Assembly: GCA_963776245.1 (NCBI GenBank)
Contig: CAVZLN010000005.1
Location: forward strand, 96,001-160,000
Reading direction: 5' to 3'
Source of the DNA: Candidatus Eiseniibacteriota bacterium
GTDB lineage: Bacteria; Eisenbacteria; RBG-16-71-46
DNA length: 64,000 nucleotides
Shown: positions 56,622-64,000 of the stretch, piece by piece
How the letters are laid out: every line of letters starts with the position of its first letter
Numbering within the stretch: the stretch's first letter is position 1
The notes under the pieces: model-generated
Database searches by the model: none
Told to the model about the DNA's origin: nothing
Seen by the model: the letters and a program-made list of their open reading frames with translations, nothing else
Translations under genes and position numbers: made by a program

Positions 56622-57329
56622 CTAGCTCTTCCGGAACACGGCTGAGCCCCAGAGGTCCGGCAATTCGATCACCAGCTCAGGTCGGTTCTCCATGGCCGCG
56701 CGCACGGCGCGGAAGCAGGCCGCATTGGATTCCGGGCTGTTGTAGTCGTGCACGAAGACGTACGCCCCACGCGCCAGGCGCGGGTAGAAGAACTCGAGCC
56801 CCGCGAGCGTCGGTGAGTACACGTCGAGGTCGAGCATGACGAGCGCGAAGCGCTCGTGTTCGAGACCTGCGGCCGTGCCTGGGAACCGTCCCTTGCGGAT
56901 CACGACATTCGCCCGGTCGCCAAGGGTGCGCTTCACTTGTGCCTCGCTGGTGTCCTGGAAGCGCGCATCAGCAGCATTCTCGGCCTCGCGATCCGCCAGC
57001 GGGAAGCCCTCGAAGGTGTCGAACAGATACAGGCGGCGTTCCGGCGCGCAACGCAGGATGAACCGGCTGGTCGCCCCCTGATAGACCCCTACCTCCGCGA
57101 AGTCCCCCGGCACTCGCTCGCGCTCGAGCGTGCGGATGGCAAGCGCCAGGCTGGCGTAGCGGACGTAGTCGAAGGAGGCAACGGCGGCACGCTCGACATC
57201 CGGATCGAACGTCGGAAATCGCATCGGAGCCGCGACCCGCTCGCGGCCGTGACGCGCCCGCCACTCGCGGGCGGCATCGAGGAGCCCAGCCCGCTGGATG
57301 AGGTTTCGCAGCCTGGCTCTCGTCGTCAC
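56622..57329 (-). CDS. TylF/MycF/NovP-family O-methyltransferase
   Basis: PGDFAEVGVYQG, LFDTFEGFP, LDLDVY, HDY. Confidence 0.88.
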   Translation of the reverse strand: MTTRARLRNLIQRAGLLDAAREWRARHGRERVAAPMRFPTFDPDVERAAVASFDYVRYASLALAIRTLERERVPGDFAEVGVYQGATSRFILRCAPERRLYLFDTFEGFPLADREAENAADARFQDTSEAQVKRTLGDRANVVIRKGRFPGTAAGLEHERFALVMLDLDVYSPTLAGLEFFYPRLARGAYVFVHDYNSPESNAACFRAVRAAMENRPELVIELPDLWGSAVFRKS

Positions 57330-58537
57330 GTTCGGCCCTCCGGGGCACGTTCAGCAGCCGATGCGCAGAGCACCTGGGTGCGTCGTGCGACCTGCTGCAG
57401 TGAGAAGCGGGCGGCAGCCCAGGCGTGGCCGGCATCGGTCATCGCTCGACATCGCGATGGATCCGTGACCAGGTCGGCGACGGCATCCCCCAACCCCGCG
57501 GGAGTATCGGCCTCGAGATCATGGACGCCGGGCGTGAGCCCGAGTCCCTCTGCCCCCAGCGTGGTGCTGACGACGGGTACTCGAGCCGCGAGTGCCTCGA
57601 CGATCTTCACTCGTGCTCCCGCTCCGGCCCACAGCGGGACGACCATCGCCGAGGCGGCGGCGAACTCCGGCGCGATGTCATCGACGTAGCCGACCGGCTC
57701 CGCCCCTGCCTGGCGGGCGATGGTCGCAAGTTCGGGGTCCAGCCCCTTGCCGACCAGGCGGAGACGGGCGCCCGGCACACGCGCCCGCACGCGCGGCCAC
57801 CCCTCGACCAGGAATCTCCGCGCACCTTCGCGGTTGGGCGGCCAGGTGAGGGTCCCCACCATGAGGACCACCGGCGGACTCTCGGGCGCGTGCGGCCGGA
57901 ATCGTCCGAAGTCCACGCCGATGGGCACCACCTCGACCCGCGCGCGTGGCGCGATGCGGCGCAGCACGTCGGCCTCGGGATCCTGGATGGCCAGCACGAG
58001 GTCGGCGCGTGTGCAGAGGGCGGCCTCGACCGTGCTCATCCGGCGCGCCTGATCCAGCGCGAACGCGCGCACCAGCGGATTGCGCACGGTTTCAGCGTAC
58101 CGAGCGAGCCATACGTGCTCGACATTGTGTTCGCGCAGCACCACCGGGGTGTCTCCCAGCGCATCTGCGTGGGTCGCCATGCTGAGATGGTTCAGGTAGG
58201 CAAAGCGCGGGCGTATGGCTGCCACCTGACGGCGCAGCTCGGCCTCGAGCGCACGGCTGTGATAGCGCGTCAGCGTGTAGGGCCAGCGCCCGAAAGTGCC
58301 CCGGATGAGGGCGACAGGGAGCGCGGGGACCTTGTGCGGGACGCGCACCAGATGGATGCCGAGACGTTCCACTTCCGTGGGCACGGGGAGCGACTCCTCC
58401 CCCGGCGAGACCAACGTCACCAACGTCGTGTCGAAGGCCAACGCCACCGAGCAGACTGCCTGCCAGAGCCCGATGCGCCCTCCATCATCGAGCGGCCATG
58501 GCGCGCGCGGCGTGACGACCAGCGCAGGCTCACTCAT
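57326..58537 (-). CDS. Glycosyltransferase family 4
   Basis: PWPLDDGGRI, EHNVEH, WPPNREG, GAGARVKIVEALA. Confidence 0.88.
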   Translation of the reverse strand: MSEPALVVTPRAPWPLDDGGRIGLWQAVCSVALAFDTTLVTLVSPGEESLPVPTEVERLGIHLVRVPHKVPALPVALIRGTFGRWPYTLTRYHSRALEAELRRQVAAIRPRFAYLNHLSMATHADALGDTPVVLREHNVEHVWLARYAETVRNPLVRAFALDQARRMSTVEAALCTRADLVLAIQDPEADVLRRIAPRARVEVVPIGVDFGRFRPHAPESPPVVLMVGTLTWPPNREGARRFLVEGWPRVRARVPGARLRLVGKGLDPELATIARQAGAEPVGYVDDIAPEFAAASAMVVPLWAGAGARVKIVEALAARVPVVSTTLGAEGLGLTPGVHDLEADTPAGLGDAVADLVTDPSRCRAMTDAGHAWAAARFSLQQVARRTQVLCASAAERAPEGRT

Positions 58538-59484
58538 CGCGCCCTGCCGAACCGCCATGCGACGACGGATTGGAAGCGTTCAAGCTGCTCGCGCGCGAAA
58601 GCATGGCGTGGCCGCGTCAGACGCACGAGCCACCACGCAATGAGTCGTGCCAGGGAGCCCGCAACGAGGATCTCGCGCGCCAGCGCCGCCCTCCAGGCTC
58701 CGCGATGGCGGCGCAGGAATGCGAGCCGCGCTTCCAGATTGCGCACGAATAGGGGCCCGCGCAATCCCGCGCCCGAGGCCCCACCATGATGGAGCACACA
58801 CGCGGCGTCTGAGAAGATCGTCTCGAAGCCTGCCTGACGGGCGCGCCAGCACCAGTCCGGCTCCTCGCCGTACATGAAGAGATCCTCGTCCAGACCGCCC
58901 ACTTGTGCGTGGGCCACGCGAGAGATCGCGAAACAGGCGCCCGACACCCAATCCACGGGACCTTCCCCATCCCGCGGTCGAGGGGTGGCCGCGGGGGTGC
59001 CGTACCCCATTCGCAGGGCGGCGCGGGCCAGTCCGAGACTCTCGACCGTCATGTTGATCACGCCCGGGAACGCATGGCACGCAGGCTGCGGCGACCCGTC
59101 GTCATCCGCGAGCGACAAGCCCACGCAGCCCGCGCGCCCGTGTCGCTTGAAGACCCCTTCGAGTGCAGCGAGCATGAGCGGTGGGGCCTCGGTGTCTGGA
59201 TTGAGCAGGAGCAGGATGTCACCGCTCGCCATCACAAGGGCCTGGTTGTTGGCGCGGGCGAAACCGACATTGCGATCATTGCGGATGAGATGGATGGCGG
59301 GGAACTCCCGGGCCACCATCTCGGGGCTCCCGTCGGTGGAGGCGTTGTCCACCACCCAGATCTCAGGTTCCAGACCATGCTGCGCGAGCAGGGTGCTCAG
59401 GCACTTGCGCAGGAGATCGCGCACCTGGTAACTCACGACGATCACCGATACGCGCGCGCCTCCGGTCACGTTCAGGTCGCCCAC
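58534..59484 (-). CDS. Glycosyltransferase family 2
   Basis: VIVVSY, VVDNASTDG, GFARANN, LLNPD, GGLDEDLFMYGEE. Confidence 0.92.
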   Translation of the reverse strand: MGDLNVTGGARVSVIVVSYQVRDLLRKCLSTLLAQHGLEPEIWVVDNASTDGSPEMVAREFPAIHLIRNDRNVGFARANNQALVMASGDILLLLNPDTEAPPLMLAALEGVFKRHGRAGCVGLSLADDDGSPQPACHAFPGVINMTVESLGLARAALRMGYGTPAATPRPRDGEGPVDWVSGACFAISRVAHAQVGGLDEDLFMYGEEPDWCWRARQAGFETIFSDAACVLHHGGASGAGLRGPLFVRNLEARLAFLRRHRGAWRAALAREILVAGSLARLIAWWLVRLTRPRHAFAREQLERFQSVVAWRFGRAR

Positions 59485-59556
59485 GTCATCTCACTCGGTG
59501 TCGCGGTGGACAGGTGGTTGCCGCCCGACCGCACGCCCGGTAGGCTGCCCGGCCGA

Positions 59557-60907
59557 ATGCTCACACTCACGCCCCTCCCGTCCCCACGCAAGAAGCGCGT
59601 GCTGCCCGGCCTCGGGCCCGCGCTGGTCGCTGCCGCCGTGGTCTTCCTGATTGGATGGATGGGGCCCATGAACCCGTTCGCATGGGTGCTTGCGGCCCCC
59701 GCGGTCTTGGTGGGCTTCATCCTGGTCCTCCGCACGGCGCCACTGATCATCTTCTGGGCGGTGCCCATCAGCATGTATTGGTTCGTCTACATGCCCGTGA
59801 TGCACTACGAAGCGCTCGCGCTTCTGGCCGCTGGAGTCACGGGCGCGCGAAATCTGGCGAGGATGCGTCTTCGGCGGGTTGTGATCCCAGCGCTCGAAGG
59901 CCGTTACCTGTTGTTCCTGCTCGCCATCCTCCCCGGGTTGCTGGTGGCCACGAGCACCTGGCGCTATTTCGGTTCCTACAAGATCTACGTGGTCGGGTTG
60001 CTGGGCTTCGAGGCGGCCCGGCGTGGTGCGCGCCGACTGGGGCACGAAGCCCTGCTCTGGGGCCCCGCGGTGTTCCTCGGAATGAGCGCCGCCATGCTCA
60101 CGCTCCGCGTGATGACGAGCGGCATACCGTCCTTCAAAGGGATCGCGCTGCGCAGCTACCTCTCGACGCTACCGTGGGGTTCCTCCAACTACGTCGCCGC
60201 CGTGATGGTGCTGGGGCCTCCCGGCCCTCGTGCTGCTGGTCCGCACGAGCCCGCGGGGGGCATGCGCCGTAGCTCGCGATCGGGATCATCGTCCTGACGC
60301 TCGCGTCGATGCTGTTCACCACGTCGCGTGGCGGGTTCCTGCTCGCGATGCTGTACCTCATCGTGATCGGGACCGGTGCGCGCCGCTCACTCGGCACGCT
60401 CGCACTCGCCACTCTCGGCCCTGGTTGTTGCGCTCGTCGCCACGCCTTTCGGGCAGGCCCTCCTCGGTCGTTTCGTCGATGCCAGGAGTTGGGACAGCGT
60501 CTACTTCCGCGTGATGATCTGGCAGGCCGCCCTGGAGCGTGGTCTGTCGCACCTTCCCTTCGGGGTCGGCGCGGGTCAGGGTCTGATGCAGAACGACAAG
60601 CTGCAGGGGCTGGACCCGCACAACTACCTGCTCCACCTCTTCGGAGAGCTCGGGCCGCTGGGCCTCGCGCTGTGGCTCTGGCTGTTCGCCCGGGTGTGGT
60701 CCGACGCCAGAGCGCATGTGGAAGGACGAGCGAACGCGCACGATCGGCAGCGCGGCCATCGGCACGCTCTCACTCACGTTCTTCAACATGCTCTTCGAAC
60801 CCACCATGAACGGCAATCTGTACCACCTCATGTTCTGGTGGATCATAGGGATCTACTACGGTGGGGCCGAGCGCTCGAACGGGAGCGTGGCGACCGAGGT
60901 CCGCTAG
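59557..60907 (+). CDS. O-antigen ligase/Wzy polymerase family protein (about 3 apparent frameshifts)
   Basis: Multiple TM segments, TTSRGG, R..IW...PFGVGAG, PHNYLLHLFGELG across frames. Confidence 0.75.
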
Positions 60908-61991
60908 GAGTCGGTCTCGCGCGTCCGGCGCCGAAGTGTCGCGACATGGGCCCGTTCCTGCCACAGCACACTGGCCAGGAAGCCCGCGAACGTCGCACCC
61001 AGCGCCCATACCGATCGCAATGGCCTCGCTTTGCGCACCGGAGGCACGGCGGGGTCGAGCACCGTGACGGTGGGCGTGTCCATGACCTCGCGCATGCGCG
61101 CGTCCTCGAGTTGCGCGGCCAGCAGAACGTACACCTGCTGGTAGAGACGCACGTCGCGACTCAGGCGCCCCAGCGCCGACTCGACCCGGGGCAGGCCGCC
61201 GAGTTGGGACTTGATCTTGTCGAGTTCGGAACGGACCTGGATCACCTGCTCGTTGTCGTCACGCAGATAGGACCGCAGCACCGCCAGCCGAACTTCGAGG
61301 GCCATCTTGCGGGCCATCACGTCGGCCAACGGCCCCAGGTCTGCCGACTCGACGTCCGCCGGCACCACGACATGGTGCGCTTCCTGATAGGCGCGCAGCG
61401 CACCCTCGCTCTGGCGCATCAGCGAATCGGTTTCGGCGACACGGCGCTCGAGGAAGACACGACTGCGCTTCGCCTGGAAATTGCGCTTCTCCACGTTGAA
61501 GCGGTTGAGTTCCATCGATGAGCGCATTGGCCAGCTCGGCCGCACGATCACGCGAGCGGTCCTCGACCGAGATGCTGATGGTGCCATCGGGTGCCAGTGC
61601 GACCTTCGTGTGGCTGCGGAACTCCTTGAGTGTCTCCTCGTCGCTCTTGAGGTGATACACCCGCTTCATGTCGAAGCGTTCGAGCACCGATCGCTGCACG
61701 CTCCGGCTCAGCAGGATGGCGCGGAACAGGTCGGAGGGCGTGTAGTAGTTGCTGAGTCCATTGAGCGAGGGCATTCGCGACAGAAAGTGCTGGTTCGGCA
61801 GACCAATCAGCGACTGGTCGGTCTCCTCAGGCGGCAGAAGTACCGCGGTCGCTCGGTACCATGGCGCCATCAAGAACGTGAGCGCCGCCATGATCAACGC
61901 CGGCCACCAGCGCATTCAGCGTGTGGATGCGCCAGCGCGCCAGGATGCGTGTGATCCAAACGCCGAAGTCGAAGGAGTCGGAGTGGGTCAT
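60904..61991 (-). CDS. Wzz/GNVR polysaccharide co-polymerase (apparent frameshifts near 61920 and 61510)
   Basis: YRATAVLLPP, RAAELANA, coiled coil, VLDPAVPPVRKARP followed by TM. Confidence 0.82.
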
Positions 61992-62007
61992 GGGATCCTC
62001 GGTCGGC

Positions 62008-63625
62008 TCAACGTCGGACCGCTATGATCACGGTCGCCACTTGGGCGGCCACCATGATCAGGGTCTGGAGATTCTGCCACGACGGTGATGTCGGGGCGTT
62101 CGGGCACCCAGATGAGGTCCCCTGGCGCGATCATCGGGATGTCGCGCGCCAGCGCGGACTGACCGGTCACGGCACGCGTCAGCCTCACCTTGGAAGATGC
62201 CGCGCGCCGGGAGAATCCACCGGCCAGCGCCACGTACTCCGCTGCCGAACGATCGGGCTTGAACTCCACCAGCCCCGGATGGCGCACCTCGCCCTCGACG
62301 CGAACCGAGGCCAGCACGGCATCGACTCGCACAACGTCACCGTCACGCAACTCGAAGTCGAGGTCCGGGCTCGCCAGCAAGCGGTTCCAATCCACCCGGT
62401 AGTCCTCGCGACGCGCCGTCATCCGCGCGCGCAACACCTCGTACTCCGACGCGGACATCTCGGTACGCGAGAGTCGGGCGAGTCGGTCGAATTCGGGATC
62501 GGCTTCCGACGCTTGCCGATTCGCACGGTAGACGCGAATGGTCGAGAGATCGGCACGGTCGAGGAATCCCCCCGCCGCGCGGATCAACGCGGAGAGGTGG
62601 GTTCGATGGGAGTCGAGCGGGTAAGCCCCTGGACGTTGCACCTCGCCGAAGACCGAAGCGCTCGCCAGTTCGTGGAACCGGGATTGGAAGTACACGTAGA
62701 CACGATCGCCATCGCTCAGTGGCGGATTCGTCAGTCCGGCATTCACGTCCCCGAGATCGAAGAAGGTGGATTCCACTTCGACGGGCGACCTCCAGCGAAG
62801 GAGCAGGCAACGTTCGGATCGTGCAGAGGGCAGCACGCCGCCCGCCATGTCGATGAGCGTGCTCAGGCTATCGAGCGGACCGAGCTCGACGACTCCGGGG
62901 CGAGCGACCGCTCCCTCGATGGCCAGGGACCGCGTCGCGACCGGCACGTGGATGACGTCACCATCCAGCAGCAGAGGATCGAATCGAGCGTCACCGGTGC
63001 GATTGAAGCGTTCGAGATCCGCGATCACGGGGGCCGCGCCGGGTTCACCCGAAGACGACTGCCGGTGGGAGACCAGGATGTTGCGCCGCGACGAATTCGC
63101 CAGCAGCAGCGAGTCGGTCAGCACCTCGCTCAAGCGGCGGTACGCGACTGCGTCCACCGCGCCCGGCGCGCGCACGGCACCGGTGACGAACACACGTAGC
63201 GTGCGTGCGCGCGAGAGGCGCACGTCCAGTCTCACGCCGCGAAACTCCTGAGCCGCACGGCGGACCAGTTCGCGCCGTGCTTCCGTCAGAGTGAGGCCGT
63301 CCACCTTGACCAACCCCGCCCCGGGGATGAAGACCGTCCCCTCTGGACCTACCGCGAGCGTGAGACTGCGCGACACCCGTCCGGAGAAGTCGATCTGGAA
63401 GAGATCGCCGGGGCCCACCAGGTAGCGGTCCGGATCCACTGCCCCGGCGAGCACGCCGGGCATGGTGAGTTCGGCGTCGAACCCGGGCAGTGGAGCCGTG
63501 GCGACATCCGGCTGCGTCGAGGACGTCGCGGCCCCGGTCGCTCCGGAATCCACCACGCCGGCCGCCAGGAGCGCCGCCGCGAGTGCCCAGGGCGCCAGAC
63601 CAGCGTCGAAGCACCGCCGGATCAT
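62008..63625 (-). CDS. SLBB-repeat polysaccharide export protein (Wza/KpsD-like; apparent frameshift near 62075)
   Basis: YLVGPGD, repeated V.G.V..PG SLBB units, PGDLIWVPE, C-terminal amphipathic helix. Confidence 0.85.
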
Positions 63626-64000
63626 CTCCCCACCTCCTTGAGCAGCTTGCGCTGTCCATACATGCGCTCGTAGTACGCGCGGAACTCGCCGGCCTTGATC
63701 GGTCGCCACCAGGACTCGTTGGCCTGGAACCACTCGACCGTCTGGCGGATGCCCTGCTCGAACGGGATCGCGGGCGTCCAGCCGGTGACGCGCGTGAGCT
63801 TGCTCGAGTCCACCGCGTAGCGGCGGTCGTGCCCCGGACGGTCCTCGACATGGCGGATGAGCGTCGCGGGCCGGTCGAGCAGGCGCAGCAGCGTGCCGGT
63901 GATGGTGAGCACGTCGAGCTCGTGCTGCGCGCCGATGTTGAATGTCTCCCCCTCGATGCCGGGGTGGGTGAGCAGCGTGAGCAGCGCCGCGCAGTGGTCG
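63622..64000 (-). CDS. rfbB: dTDP-glucose 4,6-dehydratase (3' part)
   Basis: GETFNIG, HVEDRPGHDRRYAVDSSK, FEQGIRQTVEWF...WW. Confidence 0.9.
   Translation of the reverse strand, partial: DHCAALLTLLTHPGIEGETFNIGAQHELDVLTITGTLLRLLDRPATLIRHVEDRPGHDRRYAVDSSKLTRVTGWTPAIPFEQGIRQTVEWFQANESWWRPIKAGEFRAYYERMYGQRKLLKEVGR

Overview
Very GC-rich bacterial chromosome segment from a diderm (it encodes a TonB-dependent receptor and Wza/Wzz-type export). The gene content suggests Ca. Eisenbacteria or FCB/Gemmatimonadota relatives, but that is inference only. The window holds about 66 genes, mostly on the minus strand. (1) 0-7.7 kb housekeeping: tgt-yajC-def-fmt-rsmB-PASTA-rpe and the 5' end of ffh. (2) 8-14 kb: TonB receptor, an ECF sigma/anti-sigma/two LTXXQ-protein module, a methyltransferase and aqpZ. 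(3) 14.5-37 kb acyl-CoA metabolism: acpS, biotin carboxylase, BCCP, methylmalonyl-CoA mutase (Y/R type) and epimerase; thiolase, hbd, three acyl-CoA dehydrogenases; a second, isobutyryl-CoA-mutase-type (F/Q) large subunit; one B12-binding small subunit with a histone-H1-like tail; MeaB. (4) 37-41 kb: M23 peptidase, glycolipid synthase, yraN-rnhB-rplS. (5) 41-64 kb: surface polysaccharide genes interleaved with khpA-rimM-trmD. Many genes, including normally essential def and fmt, carry single-base frameshifts that are most likely read/assembly errors. I recognised no rRNA, tRNA, CRISPR array or mobile element. Best leads: the dual B12-mutase system with basic disordered tails and an acidic membrane protein placed between its subunits; an RsmB with a ~400-aa N-terminal extension containing 21 GDRAPRP(Y/G) repeats; an apparent GT4-Wzx flippase fusion; and an ~11.5-kb glycan cluster separating trmD from rplS.
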